64,000 nt of DNA from an uncultured Actinomycetes bacterium (GCA_963706025.1 CAVPLM010000003.1:32001-96000); one strand, 5' to 3'. Positions 21,162-31,475 are shown, counted from the stretch's first letter. A program made the numbers and translations. The notes: generated by a model not told the origin, from the letters alone.

Positions 21162-22520
21162 ATGATCAGAGACCGGAAGCACGAGTGCATGAGCCGCAAG
21201 GAGCTCGGGCAGCTGCAGGGAGAGCGCCTGGGCGCCCAGGTCAGACGGGTCTACGAGCGGGTCCCCTTCTACAAGAACCTGTTCGACCGTGAGGAGATCG
21301 TCCCCGAACGCATCCACGGTCTCGACGACCTCCCCCGTCTCCCGTTCACCACGAAGCACGGCCTACGCGACAACTACCCCTTCGGTCTTCTGGCGGTACC
21401 GCCCAAGGAGGTGGTCCGTATCCATGCGTCGTCGGGCACCACCGGGAAGCCGACCACCTGTGGCTACACCCGTGGCGACATCGACATGTGGGCTGAAGTC
21501 ATGGCCCGCTCCCTTGTAGGCGCGAGCACCACCGACGAAGACGTGGTCCAGGTCGCCTACGGCTACGGTCTTTTCACCGGAGGACTGGGGGCTCACTACG
21601 GGGCGGAGTTGATCGGCGCCTCCGTCATCCCCATATCGGGCAGCAACACGCAACGCCAGCTCATGCTCATGCAGGACTACGGCTCCACGGTGATCTGCTG
21701 CACCCCCAGCTTCGTCCTGTATCTCTGGGACGTGGCCCAGCAGCTCGGGCTGGACGTCACCAGTTTCCCGCTCCGGGTGGGAGTGCTCGGAGCCGAACCC
21801 TGGTCGGAAGCCATGCGGCGCGATATCGAGCAGAAATGGAACATCAAGGCCTGCGACATCTACGGGCTCTCCGAGATCATCGGTCCCGGCGTGTCGTGTG
21901 AGTGCATCGAGGCCCAGTCGGGTCTCCACATCAACGACGATCACTTCTTGCCCGAGATCATCGATCCCGAGACCGGGGAGGTCCTACCCGAAGGAGAGTT
22001 GGGCGAACTGGTCTTCACCACTCTGACCAAGGAGGCCATGCCGCTCATCCGCTACCGCACCGGCGATATCACCCGGCTGGATTCCGAACCCTGCATCTGT
22101 GGGCGAACCAGCACGCGCATGCACCGTGTATCGGGGCGCTCGGACGACATGCTGATCATTCGAGGGGTCAACGTCTTTCCCAGCCAGGTGGAATCGGTGC
22201 TGCTGATGTCACCTCAGGTGGAGCCGCACTACCAGTTGGTGGTGAACCGCAAGGGCGCCATGGACACCATGGACGTGCTGGTGGAGATCTCCCCGGCCCT
22301 TTACAGGGAAGTCTCCGAAGCCATCCTCTCGTTGGACGACGTCACGATGTTCACCGAGCACGACGCTCTCCTCGATCTTAAGCAGCAGATCCAGAAGAAC
22401 GTTAAGGACATCATCGGCATCAGCGTGAATGTGGCTTTCAAGGAGCCGGGATCTATCGAGCGCAGTGAGGGCAAGGCTCAGCGGGTGCTCGACCTACGCA
22501 AGGACCAGGGCGACAAGTAG
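21162..22520 (+). CDS. paaK: Phenylacetate--CoA ligase family protein
   Basis: [72 protein letters not shown]. Confidence 0.92.
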   Translation: MIRDRKHECMSRKELGQLQGERLGAQVRRVYERVPFYKNLFDREEIVPERIHGLDDLPRLPFTTKHGLRDNYPFGLLAVPPKEVVRIHASSGTTGKPTTCGYTRGDIDMWAEVMARSLVGASTTDEDVVQVAYGYGLFTGGLGAHYGAELIGASVIPISGSNTQRQLMLMQDYGSTVICCTPSFVLYLWDVAQQLGLDVTSFPLRVGVLGAEPWSEAMRRDIEQKWNIKACDIYGLSEIIGPGVSCECIEAQSGLHINDDHFLPEIIDPETGEVLPEGELGELVFTTLTKEAMPLIRYRTGDITRLDSEPCICGRTSTRMHRVSGRSDDMLIIRGVNVFPSQVESVLLMSPQVEPHYQLVVNRKGAMDTMDVLVEISPALYREVSEAILSLDDVTMFTEHDALLDLKQQIQKNVKDIIGISVNVAFKEPGSIERSEGKAQRVLDLRKDQGDK

Positions 22521-22653
22521 CACCGGGGCGGCTCGCAAGGACCGCGACCGATCGGTGTCTGGCAGTTCCCGCATCCCCGCCCGGCGACAGCGATGGATAG
22601 CCTGAGCCGGACCGGCCCTGGATATCGCGTATGCTATGCTTGGGTATAGCGAA

Positions 22654-22725
22654 ATGGACACCTCGGACGATCCTCCAAGTACCCGACTCCCCACGGCGCC
22701 CTTCCGCCGGGTGACCTCCCTATGA
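22654..22725 (+). other. 23-aa Pro-rich upstream ORF (MDTSDDPPSTRLPTAPFRRVTSL) whose TGA overlaps the CNNM/CorC gene ATG
   Basis: ATG 22654, TGA 22723-22725 overlapping ATG 22722; TATGCT -10-like hexamers just upstream. Confidence 0.45.
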
Positions 22726-24047
22726 GCACGACCGCCATCGAGATAATCGGCGTCGTCCTTCTGGTGGTCGTCAACGCGTTCTTCGTGATATCCGAGTTCG
22801 CCATCGTCAAGGTGCGCGACACGAGGGTGGCCGAGTTGGCCGCCATGGGCAGCCGGCGGGCGCGGGTGGCCGATCACATCGTCAATCACCTCGACGCCTA
22901 CCTGTCGGCGACTCAGCTGGGAGTCACCGTCGCCAGCCTGGGGCTGGGTTGGCTGGGCGCATCGGCTTTCACAGATATCTTCGACGTGGCCTTGAGTCGT
23001 ACAGCCGCGGCGATCCTCGCCTTCGTCTTTGTGACCTTCGTCACCATCATCTTCGGCGAGTTGGTCCCCAAGTCACTGGCCATACGCAAGGCCGAGCGCT
23101 CCACACTCATCGTCGCCTTGCCCCTACGCTGGTTCTACCTCATCACCCGCCCTTTGACCTGGCTCATGTATATCTCCGCGGCCGGCATCCTCAGAGTCTT
23201 CCGCATCCAGCCCGCGTCGGAACGCGATCTGGCCCATTCCGAGGAAGAGCTACGGATGATCATCGAGGCCAGTCAGGAAGGGGGCCACATCGACGAGGTG
23301 GAGCAGACCCTCATGCGCCGCGCCCTCACTTTCGGTGACCGCGCGGTGGGCGACATCATGGTGCCTCGCACCGAGATGGCCGCCCTACCCACCTCGACCC
23401 TCGTCAGTCAGGCTATCGAGGAGATCGCGGAGACGAATCACACAAGGTACCCGGTCTATGAGGAGGACGTCGACAACATCGTGGGCTACGTCCACGTCAA
23501 GGACCTCTACCGGATGCCGCTCGACGCCACCTTGCGGCGCCTTCTGCGCCCCATCGGCTTCATCGCCGAGACATCGAACATAGAGCTTGCTCTGCAGCGC
23601 TTTCAGAGCACGCGCACGCCGCTCACCATCGTGGTCGACGAGCACGGCGGCACGGCGGGCATCGTCACCATCCAGGACGTGGTGGAGGAGCTGATCGGCG
23701 AGGTTCAGGACGAGTTCGACCTGGAGGCGCCGGAAGTCGAGGACCGCGGGGACGGCAGCTACTCCATCGACGGTGGGGCCCGGATCGACTATCTGGAGAG
23801 CCTTCTGGGACTGGACGTGCCCGAAGAGGGCTTTCCCACCTTGGGTGGCCGGGTCTTCGAGCAGCTGCAGCGACGCCCCCAGGTGGACGACGAGGCTCAG
23901 ATAGGCGAATTCCATGCCCAGGTCCTCGAGGTGGACGGGATGCGCATCTCCCGGGTGCTCCTCAGCCGGCGCGCTGCGGAGGAAGAGGAAGGCGAACTTG
24001 AAGACGCGGAGGGCGCCGAGCCCGGCGGCGAATACTCTGACGACTGA
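22722..24047 (+). CDS. CNNM (DUF21)-CBS-CorC hemolysin-family protein, putative Mg2+/Co2+ efflux
   Basis: NAFFVISEFAIV, YLSATQLGVT, FGELVPK, MVPRTEM, HTRYPV, VVDEHGGTAGIVT, GEVQDEFD, TLGG. Confidence 0.93.
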   Translation: MSTTAIEIIGVVLLVVVNAFFVISEFAIVKVRDTRVAELAAMGSRRARVADHIVNHLDAYLSATQLGVTVASLGLGWLGASAFTDIFDVALSRTAAAILAFVFVTFVTIIFGELVPKSLAIRKAERSTLIVALPLRWFYLITRPLTWLMYISAAGILRVFRIQPASERDLAHSEEELRMIIEASQEGGHIDEVEQTLMRRALTFGDRAVGDIMVPRTEMAALPTSTLVSQAIEEIAETNHTRYPVYEEDVDNIVGYVHVKDLYRMPLDATLRRLLRPIGFIAETSNIELALQRFQSTRTPLTIVVDEHGGTAGIVTIQDVVEELIGEVQDEFDLEAPEVEDRGDGSYSIDGGARIDYLESLLGLDVPEEGFPTLGGRVFEQLQRRPQVDDEAQIGEFHAQVLEVDGMRISRVLLSRRAAEEEEGELEDAEGAEPGGEYSDD

Positions 24048-24152
24048 CCCGTGACCGGCTCGCACCCTGAGTCCGTCGAGATGCCTACCTGATTTCGAGC
24101 CCGAGCTGCTGTTGTGCGCCCCCGATCGCCGCAGCAGGGTATCATTCGCCGC

Positions 24153-27100
24153 ATGAGACCGATCGAGGTACCGTTCGATTCTGACGCCCTTCGGGCGAAC
24201 CTTGCAGGCACCACTCAAGAGGTGGTCATTCCCGACCGCTATCTGCCACTGGTCCAGGCCGTCGACGGCTTGTACGGTGTACGCACGCCCCTGACCGAGA
24301 CCCTGGCCGAGTATTTCCACGCCTTTCGCAACGTCGACCTGCTCATCGACGGCTTTCAGACCATCCTTCTGCGCAATTGGACCTACTTCGAGCGTTCAGA
24401 AGACCGCGCTCGGTGCTTCGGGCTGCTCTCCGAACTGGTGCTCGACCTTCTCGATACCCCACTTACCGAGGGGCAGACGTCGTTGTTGCTGCGCCAGTTG
24501 CTCTCTTGGTGCACCACGGCTCTGCGCGGACCCTTCTCCGACGCTTACGACGACAGCCTGCAGGCCGTAGCCGAATGCCTCTCCCGATCGCTTTCCCGGC
24601 AACCGCTTGCTTTCTTGGAGCGGGACGCCCTGGTGCGTGGTGTTGTCGAGCGAGCCGCGAAACGGCCTGCCGTCGAACTGGTGTTCTCCGAGCTCTACCG
24701 GGACCTCCTGCTTCTGGGGTACCGGAGGCTGAGCGAGCGACTGCCCATACCCCAATGGGCCACTTCGACCGAGGCAGAGCTCGCCGACGCCGAAGCCGTC
24801 GCCGCCAACTTCTCGCTGTTGGCCCCAGAGCGGATCGCCGGACTCATGGCACGAGCGGAGAGTGCGTCGCTCCCCGACCTGCTGTCCCCTGAACTTCCGG
24901 TCTTCTCCGCCATCCTCGACCAGGCCATCGACCAGGTCTTCCGGATCGATGACCTCGAGGATCGCTTCGCAGTCTGCCTCTATTTCCTTAAAGACGACAC
25001 CCTGGGCTACCGTCAAAACGAGGTGATGGTCGACCTGCTGGGAGTGATCAGACAGCTCATGAAGCCCGAGCGGCACATGGACGTCGATCGTATCCTAAGC
25101 CGCCTCACCCGCTTCTTCCGGGCGCGCGACAACCAGTTCCTTCTCATGCGCTTCCAGTGCTACGAAGCCATCGGAGTGGCTATCGGCGAGGCAGGCAACG
25201 TGGCGGCGGCCGACCACGTCATCGAGGACGTGCTCTCCTGGCGGTTCCAGTACCCCGACATAAGGGGCGCCACGGACGACTGGGAGACGATGGTCAACCC
25301 GTTCCACCTGCCCAAGATCCGCTGCTGGATGCACATCGTCGAGTCCAATCCCTCCCTCTACGAACGATTGGCCGCCGCCCTCAACGTGCAGCTGCGCCTG
25401 GGCGGCGTATACATCGCCGACACCGACCTCTTCCAGCGTGATGTCACCCTCTTCCTGAACGCCGATATCCGGCCCATATACTTCGTGGCCAAGCAGTTGC
25501 TCCGAGCGTTCCCCGTGTACTTCAACGACGTGGGCGCCGAAGGCGAGTTGCGGTCCGTGTCTACCGAGATAGACGAGATCTGTGGGCGTCGGGACACGCT
25601 CATGCATTTCATCCGCAAGCAATCCCACGCTGAGTCGTCCAACCGCTTGGTGGCTTTCAGCAGGGCGGTGCTCTCCTATTGGATGACTCTGGACCCCTCC
25701 GGTCTGGAGCCCTACATTTCGGCCAATACCATGGCCGCCGTGCACCGGGAATCGGAATGGGCCGAGGAGCCCCACGCTGTTCTTCTCGGACTTTGGGCGG
25801 CTCTCGAGGATGGGAGACGCCCAGACGGGAACGCGGGGCCGAACCTGGAGTCGTTCCTCGATCGGTTGGTCAGTCTCCCGCCGTCCGCGCTGGAGGAACT
25901 GGTCGGCGGGCTGCCCGGGCCGGAAGACAGCGGCTCGACGGGCCCCCGCCGGGTCCTTCTCATGGTCCGCACCTATCAGCTACTCGCCCAGAAGTACTCG
26001 CTGTCGGCCGACAATATAGGTCCGGCCGTCGCTCACCATCTGCAACTCGACGCAAAGATTCGGCTCAAATTCGCGAGGGCCTTGCGCGCCTGGCAGGCCG
26101 AGCCCAAAGCCTCGGCCCGCGACCATCTGCTCGACGTGGCTCTGACCGTGCTCGAACAGTTGAAAGACATCATCTTGAATCCCTCGCCATCAGTGGCGGT
26201 GGAGAACATCTACCAGAAGCGGCATATCGCCGCCGGCATCCCCTCCATGTACGGCAACTACAGCGAGCCGAAGTTCGATGCTCTGGGCCTTTCCTTCCGG
26301 GTGGAGAACCTGGTGGCCCGCTTGCTTGAGGACCTGGTTACCGAGGGCACCGACGCGTATGTGACCCGCGACTCCCTGCGGCGAATGGCCGTCGCCATAA
26401 GACGGTTCGAACGCGCCTTGGCGGCGGGTGGCGTTGATTCCCGCAACCTGGCCGCCAACCTGCGCCTGCTCGAGTCCAGTTTCAGCAGCCACAATTTCAC
26501 CTTCCATCAGTATCGCAACGTGTTCCAGTTCATCGTCGGCTCGGTCACCGAGTTGTCGCGCACCTCGATACTCAGCCACGACCAAGTGCTGCGCGCGGTA
26601 CTCGAACACGACCCCCGGCAGTGCGAAGCCCGCTGCCTCTCGCTCGACGCGACGGCCGAGGTGGTCCTGCGGGAAGTGCTGGTCACAGCTCTGGGCATGC
26701 AGACCCTGGACCGCTACGTCTCCGCTGCTCTACACCAGATCTCCACCCTTGCCGGGCGCCTTAGCAATCAGGCCTTGACCCGGATGATGAACTACGACCC
26801 CGAACGCCTGGTCTCCCCAATACACGAGGCCAAGCCCAGCACGGACGACCAGATGACCCTGGGCTTCAAGGGACTGGGGCTCAAGCAGATGGCTTCGTAC
26901 AAGCATCGAGTCCCCGAGGGCTTCATCCTCAGCACCGAGCTGTTCGGCGCCTGGCCTGCCATGTCTCACCGGCCCCTTTACGACGACACTCTCGAGCGTA
27001 TCCGCAAAGCGCTGGGCCGTCTGGAGAGAGAGACGGGGCTCCGTCTGGGCGACCCCGCCCGCCTGCTCACGCTCTCGATCCGATCCGGCGCGGCCATTTC

Positions 27101-28340
27101 CCTGCCAGGGCTCATGACCACCTTCGTCGACGTTGGCCTGAACGACAGATTGGCGGAGGCTCTCTCGCGCCGGCCTGGATTCGATTGGGCAGCCTGGGAT
27201 TCGTACCGGCGGTTCCTTCAGTCGTGGGCCATGGCGTCGGGCGTCGACCGGGACTTCTTCGACGGGATCATGAACGAGTTCAAGCTGCGCTACGGCATCG
27301 AACGCAAGCTCGACTTTCTCCCCGAGCACATGCGCGAACTGGCCTTCACGTACAAGGCCCGCGGCCGGGAGCTGGGGGTCAAGTACACCGACGATCCTTT
27401 CCGCCAGGTCGTCGGCTGTATGCGGAAGGTCCTGGCATCCTGGGATTCGCCCGAGGCCAAGCTCTACCGCCGTTACCTCGGGGTGGCCGAGGAGTGGGGC
27501 ACCGCCGTTGTGGTGCAGAGAATGGTCTTCGGGAATCTCAGCCGCGAATCGGGTTCTGGTGTCACGTTCACGCGCAACCCCTTGGAGCCGTATAGCAGCC
27601 AGGTTCGGCTTTTTGGCGACTTCACCGCCCGGAGCCAAGGCGAGGACCTAGTGGCCGGCCTTGTGTTCCCCCTGCCCATCTCCGAAGCGCAGCGCCTCGG
27701 CAGCCCCACCTACCGGGGCATAGAGCATTCTCTGGAGCGGGATTACCCGGAGGTCTACCTGGCACTGCTCGCAATCGCCCGGGACCTGGTGAACACGCGG
27801 GAGTTCGACCCCCAAGAGATCGAGTTCACCTTCGAGTCCGCGTCCGGACAGGATCTTTACGTCCTTCAGAAACGGGCGATGGTGCAACAACAGACGACGG
27901 AGATGCCCTATTTCGACACTTCCTCGCCGCACTTCGGCCCGCCCGCCGCCGTAGGCATGGGGGTGGCCGGTGGCGCCTACTCAGGAAGAGCGGCGATCAA
28001 CGCCCGGCAGATCTCCCGCCTCCTCGCCCACGCCCCTGACGACAACATCCTGCTGCTCAGGCCCGACACCGTGCCCGAGGACATCGCCATGATCGCCCAG
28101 GTCTCCGGCCTGCTCACCGCCAGGGGCGGAGCCACGTCACATGCGGCCGTCACCGCCAAGCGTCTGGGGAAGGTCGCCGTGGTCGATTGCCGAGAGTTGG
28201 ATGTGGTCGAGCACCGAGGGGTCGCGTACCTCGCCGGAACGAAGATCAAGGCCGGCGATTGGCTCTCCATAGACGGCCGTACCGGCAATATCTTCTGGGG
28301 ACGCATCCCTACTCTGGCGCGACCCATCATCTCCCTCTAG
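24153..28340 (+). CDS. Large dikinase-like protein: ~900-aa unknown N-terminal region, PPDK-type ATP-grasp domain and phospho-His swivel domain; no PEP/pyruvate-binding barrel
   Basis: LGFKG, VPEGF, SIRSGAAISLPG, WDSYRRF, GTAVVVQRMVFGN, SGSGVTFTRNP, QGEDLVAG, EIEFT, LQKR, and TARGGATSHAAV; the protein ends just after SIDGRTGNIFWG. Confidence 0.85.
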   Translation: MRPIEVPFDSDALRANLAGTTQEVVIPDRYLPLVQAVDGLYGVRTPLTETLAEYFHAFRNVDLLIDGFQTILLRNWTYFERSEDRARCFGLLSELVLDLLDTPLTEGQTSLLLRQLLSWCTTALRGPFSDAYDDSLQAVAECLSRSLSRQPLAFLERDALVRGVVERAAKRPAVELVFSELYRDLLLLGYRRLSERLPIPQWATSTEAELADAEAVAANFSLLAPERIAGLMARAESASLPDLLSPELPVFSAILDQAIDQVFRIDDLEDRFAVCLYFLKDDTLGYRQNEVMVDLLGVIRQLMKPERHMDVDRILSRLTRFFRARDNQFLLMRFQCYEAIGVAIGEAGNVAAADHVIEDVLSWRFQYPDIRGATDDWETMVNPFHLPKIRCWMHIVESNPSLYERLAAALNVQLRLGGVYIADTDLFQRDVTLFLNADIRPIYFVAKQLLRAFPVYFNDVGAEGELRSVSTEIDEICGRRDTLMHFIRKQSHAESSNRLVAFSRAVLSYWMTLDPSGLEPYISANTMAAVHRESEWAEEPHAVLLGLWAALEDGRRPDGNAGPNLESFLDRLVSLPPSALEELVGGLPGPEDSGSTGPRRVLLMVRTYQLLAQKYSLSADNIGPAVAHHLQLDAKIRLKFARALRAWQAEPKASARDHLLDVALTVLEQLKDIILNPSPSVAVENIYQKRHIAAGIPSMYGNYSEPKFDALGLSFRVENLVARLLEDLVTEGTDAYVTRDSLRRMAVAIRRFERALAAGGVDSRNLAANLRLLESSFSSHNFTFHQYRNVFQFIVGSVTELSRTSILSHDQVLRAVLEHDPRQCEARCLSLDATAEVVLREVLVTALGMQTLDRYVSAALHQISTLAGRLSNQALTRMMNYDPERLVSPIHEAKPSTDDQMTLGFKGLGLKQMASYKHRVPEGFILSTELFGAWPAMSHRPLYDDTLERIRKALGRLERETGLRLGDPARLLTLSIRSGAAISLPGLMTTFVDVGLNDRLAEALSRRPGFDWAAWDSYRRFLQSWAMASGVDRDFFDGIMNEFKLRYGIERKLDFLPEHMRELAFTYKARGRELGVKYTDDPFRQVVGCMRKVLASWDSPEAKLYRRYLGVAEEWGTAVVVQRMVFGNLSRESGSGVTFTRNPLEPYSSQVRLFGDFTARSQGEDLVAGLVFPLPISEAQRLGSPTYRGIEHSLERDYPEVYLALLAIARDLVNTREFDPQEIEFTFESASGQDLYVLQKRAMVQQQTTEMPYFDTSSPHFGPPAAVGMGVAGGAYSGRAAINARQISRLLAHAPDDNILLLRPDTVPEDIAMIAQVSGLLTARGGATSHAAVTAKRLGKVAVVDCRELDVVEHRGVAYLAGTKIKAGDWLSIDGRTGNIFWGRIPTLARPIISL

Positions 28341-28527
28341 AGCCGCCCGCCTGGGCCGGCCATGAGGTCACCTAACGACGCGACCGTACTCCGATGTCCC
28401 TGCGCGCGCTGGAATCCGGGCGCTTCTGGAAGTACCCTGGAAAGAAGAGACACGCGTCCGCCGCCGAACCGCAACGGCACCGGCGCTCGGACGGTAATCG
28501 GAATCTAGGAGATGGGAGGCCTGGCCA

Positions 28528-29763
28528 ATGAGCGCGCCGCGCAAGCTGGGGATCAACGGGCTGGGACGGATCGGGAAGCTAACCCTGTGGTACCACCTGG
28601 GTCACGATGACTTCGACTGCTTCGTGATCAACGTGGGCCGCCAGGTGGGGACTTCGCTTCAGTCCGTCGTCGAGTACGTCAGCAAGGACAGCACTTACGG
28701 GCCGCTGCACCGTTATCTGTACGGTCATCAGGGCAAGAGGGACATCGAGGTGGTCGATGAGGCGGCAGGACTTGTCAGGGCGCACGGCAAGGAGATCATC
28801 CTCCTGCGAGAAGCCCGCAATCCCAAAGATATCCCCTGGCGTGACCACGGAGTGAGCCTGGTGGTGGAATGCACCGGCACATTCCGGGATCCCCACGCCG
28901 ACGCCGAGGACCCGAAAGGGGCGCTCCGGGGCCATCTGGCCGCCGGAGCGCGAACGGTCGTGCAGAGCTCCCCGTTCAAGAGCAAGACCAAGGGAGTGCC
29001 GCTGCCTGAAGACACCGCCATCCTGATCAACGGCATCAACCACTCCGAGTATGATCCGGGCAAGCACAAGATCGTCTCAGCCGCCTCCTGCACCACCACG
29101 GCTCTTGCTCACATGATGCGGCCTCTGCTGGCCCGGGACCTCACCCGGCATATGATCACCGCGGGGATGAGCACCGTCCACGCGGTCACCAACAGCCAGC
29201 CGGTGCTCGACGCGGTCCCGGGTTCGGGCGCTACCGACCTCCGCAAGACCCGCGCCGCCATGAACAACATCGTTCTGACGTCCACCAACGCCGCAAAGGC
29301 GCTCGAGCAGGTCATGCCCGAGGTAGCCCGCATCGGCTTCATGGCCGATTCGGTGCGCATCCCTACTGCCAGCGTGAGCCTGATCATCCTGAATGTCACC
29401 TTCCAGAGCGAGAGCCTGCCCGACGGGACGGTGACGGTGGACCGCGAAGCCATCAACGCCATCTACCGGGAAGCTTCCGAAGGCGAGGCCCGAGGTCTAC
29501 TCAAGTACAGCGAGGAGCAGAACGTCTCCGCGGACATGTTGGGTGAAGACGCGGCAGTGGTGATCGAAGCGGTGGAGACCCACACCCGCACCGGTTTCGT
29601 CGATCTAAGGATACCGGACTGCCAACCCGGGGGTGAGACCGCCTATCGCGATCACCGCATGCCGCTCACTCACGTGAAGGTCTTCGGCTGGTACGACAAC
29701 GAGATGGGCAGCTACACATATCGGCTGGGCGAGCTCACCAGCCACGTCGCGGGGAGTATGTAA
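28528..29763 (+). CDS. Divergent GAPDH-family (type I-like) dehydrogenase
   Basis: GINGLGRIG, VVECTG, SAASCTTTAL (catalytic Cys), TVHAVT (His), STNAAKA, RIPT, WYDNE. Confidence 0.85.
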   Translation: MSAPRKLGINGLGRIGKLTLWYHLGHDDFDCFVINVGRQVGTSLQSVVEYVSKDSTYGPLHRYLYGHQGKRDIEVVDEAAGLVRAHGKEIILLREARNPKDIPWRDHGVSLVVECTGTFRDPHADAEDPKGALRGHLAAGARTVVQSSPFKSKTKGVPLPEDTAILINGINHSEYDPGKHKIVSAASCTTTALAHMMRPLLARDLTRHMITAGMSTVHAVTNSQPVLDAVPGSGATDLRKTRAAMNNIVLTSTNAAKALEQVMPEVARIGFMADSVRIPTASVSLIILNVTFQSESLPDGTVTVDREAINAIYREASEGEARGLLKYSEEQNVSADMLGEDAAVVIEAVETHTRTGFVDLRIPDCQPGGETAYRDHRMPLTHVKVFGWYDNEMGSYTYRLGELTSHVAGSM

Positions 29764-29792
29764 GGCAGTTCCCTCACGGTTATCCTTCGCGA

Positions 29793-30378
29793 CTACTCCC
29801 CCACGGTCAGGATCGTGGCTTCGATCCGGGGCCGGGCCCGCGGCCCGGCCCCGGACTCAGATCCCTGTGTTCGAAAGATCTCGAGCCGAGCCATGGTCCG
29901 GGGGCGGCCGAACCGCCGTGGCCCGGCCGAGCCGGGGTTGAGATACAGCACGTGGTCACGCTCCTCGACCGAGGCCAGATGGCTGTGTCCGAATATGACC
30001 GCCGCGAGGTCTCCGCCGGCCTTTGGCCCGCCTCCGCCTGGTTCGGTCCGCAGCCCCCGCGCAATGTGGCCGACCAGGATACGCGCACCCCCTATGGTCA
30101 CCTCGGCCCGCGCAGGGAGGCTTCCGGCCCAGGCAGAGCAGATCGCAGTTACCCCTCACCGCCGTGACCGGAGCCATCGCCTGCAGAGCAGCCAGCACCT
30201 GGGGAGAGCCCACATCACCCGCGTGGATGATATGGTCGACTCCCTGGAGCAGCTTTAGGACCTGGGGATACAGCTGCCCATGGGTGTCGGAAAGGACGCC
30301 CACCACGATCGAGCCCCTTGCCGTTGAATGGTCCAAGCCTTGATTCCCCTCTGCGGTCGTTGGCGCGCAGGCTTTCAA
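29793..30378 (-). CDS. YfcE/MJ0936-type metallophosphoesterase (+1 insertion near 30138; start uncertain)
   Basis: SDTHG, HAGD and RGNCD in ORF 29956-30378; FGHSH and LNPGS in ORF 29793-30101. Confidence 0.85.
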
Positions 30379-30389
30379 AGGTCATCCTT

Positions 30390-31475
30390 CTAGAGGAGAT
30401 CCACGTACAGGTCCTCGGCCAGATCGTTCCCCGGTGGGAGGTGGCCCTGTTCGTGAGCATATCGGGCGAGCAACTCGCTCTCGCGCTGCGTGTAGAGGGG
30501 GTCGAGTTCCACTTTGAAGAAGGCGACCGTGACGCAGGCCGGCTCCGCTAACGCCTCAGCCAGACCCTGCCGCAGGTTCGCTACTCCTCCGATGCGGAGG
30601 ATCTGTCCTTCCGGGTCCATGAGTTGGAAGACGCCGGCCTCGCAGGGGACCGCCGTCATTATCGCAAGATCGACCGCCTGCCAAGCCTCGGGAGGTAGTA
30701 CGGGCGTACAAAGACCGCTCTTCGCGCGGCGATCGGCCAGCCAGCGCGCCCCGTCTTCCCCAGGCGCGGTGAGCGCACCCGCGGGGCAGACCATGACGCA
30801 GTGCCCGCAGAACGTGCAGCCCGAAACGCGCAGGGTGTCCCGCTTCGGACGCGCCACGAAGCCTGGCGGGGGATCCACCGACCGGGCGACCATCTCCAGC
30901 GCCCGACCGGCCTGCGGTGAAGTGTCGCACACCATCACGCACCGGCCGCAGCCGATGCACAATCCCGGTTCGCGCCGGATGCGCCCTTCCCGAACTGCAT
31001 CGCGCGGCACGGTAACCGAACCCCGAGCCAGGCTTCCTTCCGAGTCGAGATGGGCTACCATCTTGCCCAGTTCGCAGCGACCGAACTGGTCGCAACACCG
31101 TGCGTCCGCAGGATGGCCGTACGTGCACTGGTCCCGAGTGCAGCCGTCGCGGTCAGGGCAGGCAAGGCAGACGTGCGGATGCCGGGCCAGGATGCGCGCC
31201 AACCGCTCCAGCCGCGCCGCGGCCAGCCCCGGGTCTTGGGTGGTCACCTCCAGATCGGCGGCAGCCCTCGTGACGCAGGCGAGGGCCACGGACCCATCCT
31301 GAAGCCGCACAACACACAGCCCGCACTCGACTCCGCCCACCCCCGCCCGCGCGCAGCAAGCCAGGCCAGGATAGAAGCAGAGACGAGGAACATAGCGCCC
31401 GGCCGCGTCACAGGCTTCGAGGAGGGTCGTCCCGTCCGCGACGGTGACGGCCGCCCCGTCGACGCGCATCTGCAT
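30390..31475 (-). CDS. NuoG/hydrogenase N-terminal-like FeS protein ([2Fe-2S], His-ligated [4Fe-4S], 2x[4Fe-4S]) with BzdV-like C-terminal domain
   Basis: VPRLC...CGLCVV...ACVT; HPHVCLACP; CIGCGRCVMVC and CTFCGHCVMVCP; C-terminal GVFQL...YTQRESELL...PPGND. BzdV similarity is from recall. Confidence 0.75.
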   Translation of the reverse strand: MQMRVDGAAVTVADGTTLLEACDAAGRYVPRLCFYPGLACCARAGVGGVECGLCVVRLQDGSVALACVTRAAADLEVTTQDPGLAAARLERLARILARHPHVCLACPDRDGCTRDQCTYGHPADARCCDQFGRCELGKMVAHLDSEGSLARGSVTVPRDAVREGRIRREPGLCIGCGRCVMVCDTSPQAGRALEMVARSVDPPPGFVARPKRDTLRVSGCTFCGHCVMVCPAGALTAPGEDGARWLADRRAKSGLCTPVLPPEAWQAVDLAIMTAVPCEAGVFQLMDPEGQILRIGGVANLRQGLAEALAEPACVTVAFFKVELDPLYTQRESELLARYAHEQGHLPPGNDLAEDLYVDLL

